From positions 361,956,001 to 362,020,000 of the forward strand of contig NW_027362765.1 in assembly GCF_046119375.1 (NCBI RefSeq): 64,000 nucleotides of DNA, written 5' to 3'. This document shows, piece by piece, positions 24,171-36,880 of this stretch. Within the stretch, counting starts at the first letter, position 1. Every line of letters begins with the position of its first letter. Both the position numbers and the translations under genes were made by a program. The notes under the pieces were generated by a model. That model made no database searches, was not told the DNA's origin, and worked only from the letters and a program-made list of their open reading frames with translations. This stretch comes from Phyllobates terribilis. Lineage: Eukaryota.

Positions 24171-26357
24171 TCACCATCCCCCGGCTCGGCTCCAGTCCTC
24201 CTGGCTCCTGCTCCTCTCCGATGGTAAGTAGCAGTGCAGGCCGGGCGCGCACTGCGTGACGTCAGAGCTAGGAGACATGGCCGCGCACAGGGCCGTGTCT
24301 CCTAGCAGTGACGCGGCCGGGCCAGCACAGGGAAGTTAACTGCTGCAGTGCTGGCCCGGCCGAAGAAGAAGCAGCGGCCGTGCACCACTGCTGGGGGAGC
24401 GGTCCGGGGGCCCCCCGCCACTGTCTGCCAGTATGGGCCGCGGGGCCGCACATATAATGAGGGCAATCTGGCCATAGACACCCCGGAGCCTCGGGCCCCC
24501 TGGAGACCCGAGGCCCCGGGCGGTAGCCCAGATTGCCCTCATTATAATCCACCTATGGGTGCAGTTGTCAGGACCCCACCTCTGCATTCATCACTACACC
24601 TCTCCCACCTGAGGGGGGCTAATATGCACCAGGGTGCTCTTCGTCCTTGCACTTTAACCCGTCTGTCTATGCATAATGTCTCTGGATGGTTTCATACTTT
24701 TATACTTTTATAATTTGTAAGGTTTGCAACGTTAAAGGAGAAGTGCCTCCCATATTGGGAAGATTGTTTATTGTTATCAAAAATTTAAAGAGACTGTACC
24801 AGGTTTTGCTCTCTTTGCAACCCGCGGACGTGCTGTGTTTCACCAGGGGGGAATGTGGCACCCCTGAGGGTTCGGTCGCCACAGGGGTACTGCATCTCTT
24901 TAATGAGGTGTGGTATCCCTCCTTCGAGGTAAGGATGGTGCAGCTGTCAGGACCCCACCTCTGCATTCATCACTACACCTCTCCCACCTGAGGGGGGCTA
25001 ATATGCACCAGGGTGCTGCCCCAGCCGGGATAAGAGGAGATGGGGGAACCAAAGATAGAGGGAACCAAGTAGTGGGAGAGGGTGGAGGACACACTTAGAA
25101 GTTACACTTACAAAATTCATATTTAATAGCCAGCCATCTTAAGCTCAAGGTCTTTGATTGTGATCTTCATCACTGAACGTGGCTTTCTGTGTGAACCTGC
25201 AGTTGATGGGGACACGGTCCTCGTGCTCTGGCCTTGAGACGAGGAGCGGGCAAGAGTTAACGGTTGTCTCTACCCGGTCAAGGTCCCTACCTAAGAAGGC
25301 CTGGAGGGGAGTAGAGGAGAAAAGCTCCACAGGCAAAATGATCCCAGGAGGATGCAGACGGAGCGGCATACGCCACCTGTCCTCACTATTCTGGCCTAGT
25401 CAGACGGAGTCCTGCTGCAAAAGGGGTATCAGCCCCCGATATCTGATTCTGTCACTTCAAGTCATAGTTAGAGAAGCCCGGAAGGCTGAGAGGATCTCAC
25501 CGGGTAACGGATGGAGCGGAGTCGCCACCCGTACCCTTGTTCTGTGCATATTCCAGAGGGAGACCCGGCCTTAGTACACGCAACACACATGGACAGGAGA
25601 GGACCTAGTGGGAAAAGTCTAGGAACACTCTGGTGCGGGGTCCTGATTAAGCACCTGAATTACTCGGAGATTGTCGGACCCCCGTCCCTGGTGACCGCAG
25701 AGCGCCGTGAGGAGCAGGGAGAAGCCTTGCAGCTGCGCATTTAACCGTGAGTAAAGCTTGGAAGACTACCCCTATGGCCTCTGGTTTCTTATTGCAACGC
25801 GGCACAGCACCACACCACACCAGAATCCACTATTACTCCCTCCATCCGCGTCTCTGCCCTGAGGCCCTGCTTCGCCTGTGGGGAGTAGCACCATCCGAAG
25901 CTGCCACTACATCCCGCCTCAGAGGACTGCGGCAGCGCTGGTGGCCATCACCAGACACCACAGGTGGCGTAGTCGAAATACCACTCAACCCTGAAAGCCC
26001 ATTACATCTTTTTAATGTGACCGCCCTGGGCACGGAACGGGTCTAGGCCGCGACTGCATCCCCCCAACATCTGACCCTGCTCCGAGTAACCCCACTTCCC
26101 AGGGTGAGGGCTGTGAGTGTCACAATATTAGTCCTGAGAAGGACTGTTTGTTTGATTTTGCAGGCTTTACAGACCCTACACTAACTATTTCGGAGTATAA
26201 ATCTCTCCCTAGCTCTGCAGCACTGACCCTACACTGGCTGATCCGGAGCGACTGTGCACAAGATGGCGGCGCACGGTTTTAAATACTCGAGGTGACGCTG
26301 TGCGGCCAGCCAATCACTGTAATGCCCACAAACAACATGGCTGCGGCATTACAGTGA

Positions 26358-27279
26358 AATTAATAATAACTCCGGCACTCAATAATTTTTGATTTGCAAA
26401 GAATTTTTTCAATTTAGAATTTTTTATTATTCATATTAAACGACCCATGAATGCAGATACATAGCATCAACGTTTCGGCCTACAATGGCCTTTTTCAAGG
26501 TATCTGTACATATACAAAAGAGAAAACAAAAACAAAAAGCGAAATCAATATACCACAAGAAGACATAATGACCTGCATAAAGACCATTTAAAACAAGGGA
26601 AAATTATTTTCAGCCATTCATTACATATTTTTTACATATTTCTTACATATAGTACAACATCAGCTTACAATATGTCAATGTAATAAGGAATATACAAGCA
26701 ATATAATGTTGTACTATTAATTCAGAAATATAATGTTGCCTTTAATATTTAATTCATTCATATCATTATGTTATATTACTGGATCATATAGTACCAACAA
26801 TAGTAAGGATAGGGGTCAAAAACTAGCAATCAAGCTTCCATCAACAACAAAAAAAATTTTATCCAGAAAATTTCATCAGAAAAATCCAAAAATTCATCAA
26901 TAGATAATTCTTCCATAAAATATTCTTCTAAAGATCTCTCAAATATCCCTAGGAAAGTCAAAGAATAAAAATTCATAAAGGTATTTCCAATATCTCCACA
27001 AAAAGGGGGACTACTATATGAATAAAAGACTATCTCCAATATTAGTGATATTCTTTATTCCCAGGTTTAAGAAAAAAAGTAATATCCAGAAGTAAGAGTA
27101 AAGACAGAAGATGTGCAAGTATATAGAATAAATATATAGAACAAATATAAGGTATATCTTAGTGGAGTATTACCTGGTGGTAGCAGGGTCCCGTAGCACA
27201 AGTGTGCGATCCAAAGAATGCCGCTGTATGAGCCCATGTTCTCACCGCTATAAGTACGCGCTTTGAGGTGGGCGTGTGT
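26358..27279 (-). mobile_element. Penelope-like element fragment (pseudo-LTR)
   Basis: Flanked by a 13-bp direct repeat GGCATTACAGTGA (26345-26357, 27280-27292). Contains a hammerhead-like motif and a splice-donor-like CAGGTAATA on the minus strand. AT-rich, with no RT present. Confidence 0.7.
26454..26506 (-). ncRNA. Putative minimal type-I hammerhead ribozyme (non-canonical U3-A8 core)
   Basis: Minus strand reads CAGATAC-C-TTGAAAA-A-GGCC-ATTGTA-GGCC-GAAA-CGTT-GATGCTAT-GTATCTG. This gives stem II GGCC/GGCC, palindromic ACGT stem III and distal stem I CAGATAC/GTATCTG. Confidence 0.6.
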
Positions 27280-28311
27280 GGCATTACAGTGACTGGCTGG
27301 CAATCCCTGCATGTTCATTGGCTCTGTAAAGAGCGCCAAACGTGCAGGGCGGAGACCCAAGCTCCCGCCCGAGTAACCCGGAAATGCTCGGTGCTCGCCG
27401 AACATCCTGAGATGCTTGGGCGAGTACCGAGCAGTGTCGAGCATGCTCGCTCAACACTACTCTCCAGCTTATCTCCCATCCAACAATAGGATTGGACTCG
27501 TATTGTTCTCGGCTCAGCAGATCCCAGAACGGCTATTGCAGCTTGTCGCCATTGATATTTCCCTCCATGTAAAATTACAGCGATGAGAAGATAAGCGGGA
27601 AATTGTATCATTAGGTGACGCGTTACCATGAATGAGCAGCTACGACAATGGCCGTCTATATAACCTGGCCCCACGCTGTCAGTAATATCCACCATCCAGT
27701 GATTGCACAGAGTGAAGCTATACCAGGGAGGGAGAACAATGATGAGGAGAGATACAATGCATCAAGGACGCGGCTCATAAATAATAACAGTGTGTGTTAG
27801 ATCTAGTCTCTGCCTTGTTCTATAGCGGGATATTTACGCAGCTTGTAATGTTTTTAGCTGAATAAATATATATGAAGACGTGAGGCAGAATCTAGAGCGC
27901 TGCTCTGGAGGACAACACCACCCAAAATTCACCGAATTACACAAGATAAAAACAAAAGCAAATGATGTATAGCTAAAAGAAACTCCACTCCCTGCCCTGT
28001 CGACCCGCACAGACGCGCTTCCTGATCTTTGGTTGCAAACATCCAGCATGTGACCGCTGCAGCCAATCAATGATCACATTGGTCATGTGGCATCTCTTCT
28101 CTACACAGAATCATTCTCCGCTTTCATTTCATAAAATGTCCTGGAACAATAAAAGCTTCATGTGATAAATAACGATATGTTCTCAATAGTGGCTAAATAA
28201 TACATCCATAAAGTGCATGCTTAATAGTGCCATAGTGTCCGCACATAGCAGAACCTGATAGGGGTCGTTCCCCTCTGTATGCAGATATATAGAGTATATA
28301 TCATCCATTAA

Positions 28312-28763
28312 AGGGTTATTCACAAAACAACAAGTTATCCCCTATCCATACAATATAAGAGATAACCTGCTGATTGCTGGGGGCCCGATAGTTGGGACCC
28401 CCTGTGAGATTGGGGTTCTGGAAGCCTGAGAATGAGGCAATAAAACACTGTCTGGATTAGAGCAAAGGTGAAGATGCTCAACCCCCTCCCACACCTCACC
28501 CCCGTCCATTCATTGTCTATGGGACTGCAGGACATACAGTAGGTGAGCGCTGCACTTGGTTTTTCCAGCAGATCCATAGGCAATGAACAAAGCAACATCT
28601 GAGGTGTTCACCTCTGCTCCATTCAAAATATCAGGCCAATTCTCTGTATTTAGTGCCCTGTTTCTGGGATCACTGAGGGTCCCAGCAGTTGGACCTCCAC
28701 CAATCAACACATTATCCCATATCCTACAAACAGGAGGCCATTTGTTATTTTGGGAATAACCTT
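28312..28763. mobile_element. T2/Kolobok-type MITE
   Basis: TTAA-AGGGTTATT left terminus and AATAACCTT-TTAA right terminus, with internal inverted similarity. Confidence 0.6.
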
Positions 28764-31476
28764 TTAACAAGATAGGTAATTGTGAAGACCCGGGTTCTTC
28801 CATGGGCGTAATACTACTCAGACAACGCAGGGTGCAGGTAAAACAGTGTGGCAATACTTTATTGAACCACCAAACAGATAATAAACATATAGAACAGTCC
28901 CAGCAAATACCCAAAATGGTGCAAAATTACAGAGTCTCACACTTGGCCCGCCGGGAATAGAGCAGTGAGGTATGTGGCAGGTGACCTGATTGTCCCAACC
29001 TGGATTTCCTCATAACATCTCTGAGAGTTCAGTGATAGTCAATGAAGCAGATCTCTATTCCTCTTGATGGAGCCATGTGTCCTGGTTGCTGTGCTGAAGA
29101 TTCTCTCTCAGCTGTTTTTTGTGAAGTCTCTCTGATACAAAGGCATATGCCCCTTTAGTAGTTCACAATTGTCCTTTCAAGCACACATCCACAGGTCAAG
29201 GATAAGGGATGATATTATTCCGCAGGGCTTGAGTATTCACAGCTCATCCCCCAAAGTTCACTGGCAAACATCCTACAATAATATTTAACATATCTAGCAA
29301 ACATCCATTGTTCAAAGATCCTCAGTCGCTGTATTGAAAAACTATCACACGATACATTGTAGGAGCTGATATAAGATGTAAATAACAGCCATTCATCAAT
29401 TAACAAGTATCAACTCAAGTGATCAACATTCGGGTTTATACAAACAATAGTCTGTGTTGATCAACCAAAGAAGATCACAAATTCAAAAGTCAACAAAAAA
29501 ATAAAGGTGTATGGTTCCTGGCCTACTGATTTATACGTCTGGATAATTAAGTAGAAATGCTGTGTTGTCACAGTAATAAATGTTGGATCTTTGGGGGTTC
29601 GATCACTTGGACCATCACTGATCACAAGAACTCATGTGTCCTCTATGTGAATGGAGCTAAAGTGACCACCGCTTCATTCCCTTTCTATGGCAGCAGTATC
29701 GTTCACACAGCCCCATAAATGTGAACAGAGCGGCGATTTCACATTCAGGCTACCGCTTCATCCACAGGGGGCACATGAGACCCCCTTTTGTGTAATTAGT
29801 GAGAACTCCACCAATTATTTACCACTTATTCTGGGGATAGGTGATTTATGGTGGAACAGCCCCATGTAATAAAATTGCTCTGTACTCTTTAAATAATAGC
29901 GAAGTATCAAAATATAACTCCACCCGATGCTCGGGTCTCATTTCTATTGTCCATTTTAACATTTGGTTGATTTCCATATTATGGTCGCCCCATAGCAAGA
30001 TGTTCATTAGTATTGGCTGCAGGGAACTCAAGGATTTCTGACAAGGTGCCTGTCGTCTCCATGTATCATCTCCTGGAGAGTTCATCTACCGATGACGTCC
30101 CCATAATGGATGTTCTTCATGGATGAAATGTTAAAGTATTGAACCTACAATGATAATGGCATTATGGCCGGAGAACGGACGTGATCTGCTTCTATGTTTC
30201 ATCACATATTTTTGAAGGTCACCCTAAAGGGCGCAGCGAAGAGGAGAACCACAGGTGGAGCGCAGTACAAGAGGATTGTGATTATTCTCATCAAGGAAGA
30301 ATATTTTACAGTGGATTCAGTAACAATGAAATGTAACCTTAAAATTCTATCAAAACTATCAAAATATGTAAAAAAAAAAAAAGTTAAGAAAAATTCATGT
30401 TCCTGTGAAACAGATTTAATCAATTTAATAAGTTTCAAATTAAAAGACAAAAACATTTAATTAAAATTACTAATAATTACCATAGTGTGACCCATCCATG
30501 ATAACGTAAAATCATATTATTATATTGTATTATTCTTCACTTAATAAACATCTGAAATTCTCAAGCAAAATTTTTATCATTTCAAAATGACTTGTTATTG
30601 TTATTTTATATTGTTTTTATCTCTATTTTGGACATCATTTTGCAGCATTTGAAAGCTCAAGTTTTTATAAAACTACTTGGCTTTAATTATCGTGTTCTGA
30701 TCCTGTGTCTTATAGGCAAGGAGTGCGGCACTTATAAGTTTTGCTTTACAGCTTGCAAGCGCAGCTCTGAAGCTGACAGGATCGTGGCGTCAGAGAGCGC
30801 ACAGTTTGGACCAGCGGCTCAATCATGTCACTGGTCCGAACTGTCAGTCAATCAGGAGTGCACTATTCCCCAGTATGCAGGAAGCCCAGGAGGCAGAAGA
30901 GTGGTGCGCTCTTTAAAAATTATCCTGAGACAACCCCTTTAAGTGCATTGTCTTAGGTGCAGATGTAGCAGTTTTTAAGAGCTTATTGAGCATGCCCCAT
31001 AACCATATGCAAACTGTAGCGTCGGCGTCTCTGCCTCCTGCCCAACAGAGATGCCGATCTACTCACCCTGTCCTCATCGCAGTGTCTGATCGGGGTGCCC
31101 GCACAGCGCGTAGATCCCCAGTCTCTCTACTTAGGCGACGCGCGCGCTCCCCTCCTCTTAAAGGTGACGGGCCCGCTGTCCTATAAGTCCCCAGCCAATG
31201 GCTGGAGAACTGCTCCTGCTTAAGGCACCTCCTCCATAATGGAGGTGCCTGTACAAAGTTGTTGTTTGTGTGCTAACACTCTCTCCAGTCCTCAGGTTCC
31301 GTGCCCGCCCGCCTCTCTTTCAGCCATGCCCGCCTGCCTGTCTATCAGCCGTGCCCGCCTGCCTGTCTATCAGCCGTGCCTGCCTGCCTGTTTATCAGCC
31401 GTGCCCGCCGTGCTGAGGGGAGTTGCTTCTACTGTGGTAGTATAGAGCACCTAATCTGCTCCTGTGCGGTAAGACC

Positions 31477-31537
31477 GGGAAACTCCAGTGTCTAGGACCG
31501 CTCAGAGAGGTCGTCCTAGACAAAAGTCCTTCCTCTC
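31477..31537 (+). promoter_or_regulatory. -1 ribosomal frameshift signal (GGGAAAC plus pseudoknot) at the gag/pol junction
   Basis: GGGAAAC at 31477-31483, 6-nt spacer, stem 1 GTCTAGGAC/GTCCTAGAC, stem 2 GAGAGG/CCTCTC. The same signal is at about 49660-49720 on the minus strand. Confidence 0.8.
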
Positions 31538-31542
31538 CGCCC

Positions 31543-34500
31543 TTGACTCTGTCCGTGTCAGTTACTAGTGATAAGACCCGCTTCTTCGAGACTGCCTATC
31601 TGGATTCCGGAGCCGCTGGGAACCTCATTCAACAGGCTGTTGTGGAGCGATATCAGATTCCTACCATATGTCTGGCTGATCCTTTAGCGCTTTCCTCTGT
31701 GGATGGAAAGCTTCTCTCTGAGACCATCTTGTTTGTCATTGAGCCTGTAACTCTTCAGGCGGGAATGCTACATTTGGAGAGGATCTCCTTCGACGTGCTG
31801 TCCAGTCTCTCTCATCCCATCTTGCTTGGCCTGCCTTGGTTACAGAGACATGAGCCCGTCCTGAATTGGAGCTCGGATGAGGTGCTCCGTTGGGGTCAGG
31901 AATGTCATAAGTCCTGTCTGGTTCCGGTTCGTCCTGCTCTACCTCCGTCTACTCCAGCTAACCTACCCGGCCTGCCGGCACCCTACTGGTCATATGCGGA
32001 TGTCTTTGATAAAAAGGAGGCAGAGACATTACCACCTCATAGGTCGCATGATTGCCCCATCGACCTAATACCTGGTGCTTTACCTCCTCGCAGGCAAATC
32101 TACCCCTTGTCACTGGCCGAGACCCATGCTATGTCTGAGTTCATAGAAGAGAATCTTGCTAGGGGATTTATCCAGAAATCCACCTCTCCGGCTGGAGCAG
32201 GATTCTTCTTTGTCAAAAAGAAAGACAGCTCTCTTCGTCCATGTATCGACTATAGGGGCCTAAACCAGATTACCATCAAAAATAAGTACCCCCTGCCTCT
32301 CATCTCAGAGCTGTTTGACCGCCTAAAATGCGTGAAGATCTTCACTAAGCTCGATCTTCGTGGAGCGTACAATCTGGTCCGGATTCGCCAGGGAGACGAG
32401 TGGAAGATGGCATTCAACACTCGGGATGGGCACTACGAGTACCGAGTGATGCCCTTCGGTCTCTGTAATGCTCCAACTGTCTTCCAGGAGTTAGTGAACA
32501 ACATCTTCCGAGATCTCCTGTATTCCTGAGTGGTGGTGTATCTGGACGATATCTTGGTGTTCTCTCCTGATCTGCCCTCTCATCGGAGGGATGTTCGTCA
32601 GGTACTGCTGAGGCTTCCGAAGAATCGCCTGTATGCTAAGTACGAGAAATGCATCTTTAAGCAGACCTCCCTACCATTTTTGGGGTATATCATCTCTGAG
32701 ACCGGACTGCGGATGGATCCCGAGAAGGTGTCTGCCGTCTTAAAGTGGCCCCGACCTGAGGGGTTGAAGGCTATTCAGCGGTTTCTGGGATTCACTAACT
32801 ATTACCGCCTCTTCTTTCCTCATTTCTCCTCCCGGACTGCTCCCATCTCTGCTCTCACCCTAAAAGGGGAGAATCCCAGGGAGTGGTCTCCCGAGGCTGA
32901 GAAAGCCTTTGTCTCTCTTAAGCAAACCTTCTCCTCCGCTCCAGTGCTACATCGTTCTGATTGCAATAAACAGTTCTTCTTGGAGGTTGATGCCTCTTCC
33001 TCCGGGGCCGGAGCAGTGCTTACCCAGAAATCCTCGTCCGGGCGAATGGTGACCTGCGGCTTCTTCTCCAAACTCTTTTCTCCGTCCGAGCGCAATTACT
33101 CCATAGGAGATTGAGAACTGCTGGCCATCAAATTAGCGCTGGAGGAGTGGCGCTACTTGCTTGAAGGGGCCCTGCAATCGGTGGTCATCTACACTGGCAA
33201 CAAAAACCTCTCTTACTTGCAGACCGCCCAGACTAAAGGCCAGATGGTCTCTGTTCTTTGCTCGTTTCAGCTTTACTCTCCATTACTGCCCGGCAGGCAA
33301 GAATATTAAAGCAGACGCCCTATCCCGCTCTTTCCTATATATCGACCAAGAGGAGGAGCCTCTACACATCATTGACCCCTCCAGAATAATGTCTGTTGCT
33401 CCGTTTGACCTGTCTAATCTTCCTCCTGGTAAGACCTTTGTGGCGACTCAGGATCGGAAGAGGGTCTTACTCTGGGGTCATTCGTCCAAACTGGCTGGTC
33501 ATGCCGGCCAGAGTAAGACGCTTCTGCTTATTGCCCGACATTATTGGTGGCCCACCCTGCGCAAGGATGTTGCGGATTTTGTCGTGGCTTGTTCACCCTG
33601 TGCCCGTAACAAGTTACCTAGGCACCTCCCAGCTGGTCGTTTTCTTCTTCCTCTCCCCGTGCCTTCTGCTCCTTGGCAACACATTGCTATGGATTTCATC
33701 ACTGATCTTCCGGTATCTGCCGGTTCTACTGTCATATGGGTGGTCGCTGACCACTTCTCCAAGATGGCTCACTTCATTCCTTTGCCTGGTCTTCCATCCG
33801 CACCTGTGCTGGCTAAGGACTTCATCCGTCACATCTTTCGTCTCCATGGCTTACCCCTCCATTTTGTCTCAGATAGAGGAGTTCAGTTCACTTCTCTCTT
33901 TTGGAGAGCCATGTGCAAGTTGCTGGATGTCACTTTGGACTTTTCTTCAGTCTATCATCCTCAGTCCAATGGTCAGGTGGAACGTATTAATCAGATCCTC
34001 ACCAGTTTTCTTCAGCACTTTGTCAACGCTTACCATAGCAATTGGGTAGAACTTCTGCCTTGGGCCGAGTTTTCTTATAACAACCATGTGAGTGAGTCCT
34101 CTGCTAAGTCTCCGTTTTTTGTGGTTTACGGTCAACACGAGTCTCTCGTCAGTGACTTTTCGGTGATTTGGGAAGACACTAGATCTGCGCTTCTACAGTC
34201 CTCTGAACGGATGAAGAGACACACTGATAAGCGACATCTGGATCCGCCTCTTTTACGTCCGGGAGACAAGGTCTGGCTTTCCTCTAAGTATGTTTGCCTC
34301 AAGATGCCTTCAAGTTGGATCCTCGATTCATTGGTCCGTTTGAGATTCTGAGTCAAATTAATCCGGTGGCGTACAAGTTGAAACTTCCTGCCTCATTACG
34401 GATCCCCAACTCCTTCCATGTATCACTCCTCAAACCTGTTGTCCTCAATCCTTTCTCTGATGATCCGGGTACCGCTCCAGTTCCTGTCAGCGCTGAGGAC

Positions 34501-34670
34501 GTTTTTGAGGTAGAAAACATTCTGGCTACCAAGAGGGTAAGAGGAAAAACCTTTTTTCTTGTGGATAGGAAGGGGTTCGGTCCTGAGGAGAGGTCATGGG
34601 AGCCCAGGGAGAACATACAAGCTCTTTTTCTTCTTGAAAAGTTTTTTGTGGGCTTGAAGACGAGGGGGCG
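31543..34670 (+). pseudogene. pol: Disrupted pol (PR-RT-RH-IN-chromodomain), family B
   Basis: Motifs [35 protein letters not shown] and FLVDRKGFGPEERSWEP. In-frame stops and frameshifts. Confidence 0.93.
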
Positions 34671-36790
34671 TAAAGGGGGGGGTGCTGTAGCATTGGCGTG
34701 TCTGCCTCCTGCCCGACAGAGACGCCGATCTACTCACCACTGCGGCTCCGGTCCGGCGTTCCCCACTCCTTCCCCTGTCCTCAACGCAGCGTCTGACTGG
34801 GGTGCGCACACCGCGCGTAGATCTCCAGTCTCTGTACTTAGGGCACGTGCCGTCCTAAAAGTCCCCAACCAATGGCTGGAGGATTGCCCCTACTTAAGGC
34901 ACCTCCTCCATAATGAAGGTGCCTGTACATAGTTGTTGTTTGTGTGCTAACACTCTCTCCAGCCCTCAGGTTCCATGCTCGCCCGCCTGTCTATCAGCTG
35001 TGCCCGCCAGCCTGTCTATCAGCCGTGCCCGCCAGCCTGTCTATCAGCTGTGCCCGCCAGCTTGTCTATCAGCCGTGCCCACCTGCCTGTCTATCAACTG
35101 TGCCCGCCTGTCTGTCTATTAGCCATGCCCGTCTGCCTGCCTATCTCCCGTGCCCACCTGCTTGTCTACCCACGTCACCTGCCTGTCTACCAGCCGTGCT
35201 CATCAGCTGTGCCTGTTGGCTTGGGCCATCAGTCCCGTGGGAGTCGCCTGCTCTCACACGTGGTTGGTCCCAGAGTGGCACCTGGTTCACCTTCCCGGTC
35301 ACTTCTTGGTTCACGGAGTCGACTAAGCCGCCGTGTGGCCAGGGTCGGTCCGGGTAGGCACTTCATTACGCCCCTCTGGTCCCTCCTTGTATCACAGCAC
35401 AGAGGTTCCACCACCCGGATCCGTAACACAACCTAGGTAGTGTGACCACCTAAATGAGCTGCCACACAATGCCATGGGTGCAGGCACGCCACAATAAGGT
35501 ATCTTTTTGCTACATCTGCAACATGACTACATTGGTAGCATACACTTTAGAATATATTGCTAAGAATAAATACTACATTAGTAAAGTACTTTTTTCATGT
35601 TGCTGTATACTTTGTGTAAAAGCAGAGTTACCCGTTTAAAGTGTAAATATGGCTTCCCCATCACGGGTGCACGGTAAACCTATAGGTCTGTGTAATCACC
35701 CCATAGATACTTCTTGCACCATCAACTATTATCCAGTAGCAATGCCAACAAGTAGGAGGCACAAGTTGATACCACATGGGCACATAGCGGGCTGCGGGTG
35801 CTGTATGACCAAGTTGTTGGACCCAGATGATGTGGTTTTGCTCCGTATTGTCCAATCAAATGATAAAAAGTCAAAGTCGGAGATACAAAGTGGTTAATCT
35901 AAATACCAAGGCGATACATGTTGAGAGACCCAGAGGTCCAGAAGTGACGCGCTTCCATGTTAATTCATCTTATGGTCAGAACAGCTGTTCAGCCCATTGG
36001 AGACTCAGAAAATGGGCCAAATTGCATCTCTGCTCTTGCCAGCGATGTCCACGACTGGCACCAGAGGGTCCATAGAGGTCGCGAAACAGGAGAAGAGCCA
36101 AAGGTCTACATACGAATGTATCAAACGTTCCAATTAGATACAGAAATGCAGCGATAGAGTCCAAGTGATTCCACCTTAATGAAGACAGATTGTATTGTTC
36201 ATTATGAGACAGGATCTGCATATGCAGAGGGGCTGCCAGGCGGGTACGATGGAAGCATCGGGTCAACAAAGAGCAAAGACGGAAAACTGGGAAGAAGCAA
36301 AGATACTTAGGGACTTCACAGATTGGTAAAAACCACCAAGCAGCTGCTCTGTGCAGGATACAAGATACACAAATATTCTGACAACTGGATTTAAAAAAGT
36401 TTTATTTACTTATTTATTTTGCATTTTGAGGTTTTTTTTGATTTTTGAGTACGGAAATTTTAAGATTTTGTTTCTAACTTTTGCAATGTATAATACATTT
36501 TAGGAGAGTGGAACAATGTCCCTCCACGTTTGCTACTAGGTAAGGGACTTTTTAATAATTGTATTAATATTTTGTGACATTTTTATTAATATGTGCTTGA
36601 ATTCAGCAAGGAAATTATTCAATGCAAATGAAACTTCACCCTAAATCTCTGGGGTCTCTACAGACCCCAGTAAATAATAAATGTAGGGTGGAAAAAAATA
36701 ATGGCTAGTCACCTTGCCACTCAGCTGTCTCACCATCTCGTCCTATGCAGCGCACACCAGGACATCACACGTTACAATGTGCACTGTGGC

Positions 36791-36880
36791 GGCAGAGGCG
36801 CAGGGAGCCGGGGCAGAGGCGCAGGGAGCCGGGGCAGAGGCGCAGGGAGCCGGGGCAGAGGCTCAGGGAGCCGGGGCAGA
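36791..36880. repeat. 21-bp tandem repeat (GGCAGAGGCGCAGGGAGCCGG, about 4 copies)
   Basis: Directly visible tandem copies. Confidence 0.9.

Larger units (their letters stand above)
22261..24557. mobile_element. Non-autonomous hAT element inserted in the 5' LTR at 22170
   Basis: TIRs CAGGGGTGGATTA / TAATCCACCTATG (imperfect). 8-bp TSD GGTGCAGC / GGTGCAGT. The LTR sequence resumes across it. Confidence 0.8.
22170..26124 (+). mobile_element. Internally deleted LTR element related to the cold-shock-domain element
   Basis: 4-bp TSD ATAT at 22166-22169 and 26125-26128. The 5' LTR starts at 22170, is interrupted by a hAT and truncated near 24640. A short internal 3' piece with PPT AGGGGGGAA precedes a complete 3' LTR at 24854-26124. 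Confidence 0.85.
9214..27459 (-). mobile_element. hAT DNA transposon, 18.2 kb including nested insertions
   Basis: 16-bp TIRs TAGTGTTGAGTGAGCA / TGCTCGCTCAACACTA (15/16). Perfect 8-bp TSD CTCTCCAG at 9206-9213 and 27460-27467. Internal hAT transposase on the minus strand. Confidence 0.92.
31015..35428 (+). mobile_element. Chromoviral Gypsy LTR retrotransposon, family B, gag largely deleted
   Basis: 5' LTR from 31015 is truncated near 31408 and fused to the gag CCHC. 3' LTR at 34686-35428 follows a G-rich PPT. Flanks CAAAC / CAACC form a near-perfect 5-bp TSD. Confidence 0.9.

Noticed and set aside
26830-27039. Acidic/aromatic 69-aa ORF inside the Penelope-like insert
   Set aside because: AT-rich, short and without RT or GIY-YIG motifs. 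Treated as non-coding pLTR sequence.
29846-30340. Exon-like unique sequence (79-aa minus ORF; short plus-strand frame after an AG at about 30217)
   Set aside because: No recognisable protein and no consistent splice structure.
36213-36325. Possible plus-strand exon (AG..TTG|GTAAAA)
   Set aside because: The peptide is unrecognised and the acceptor is weak, so it is unsupported without RNA-seq.
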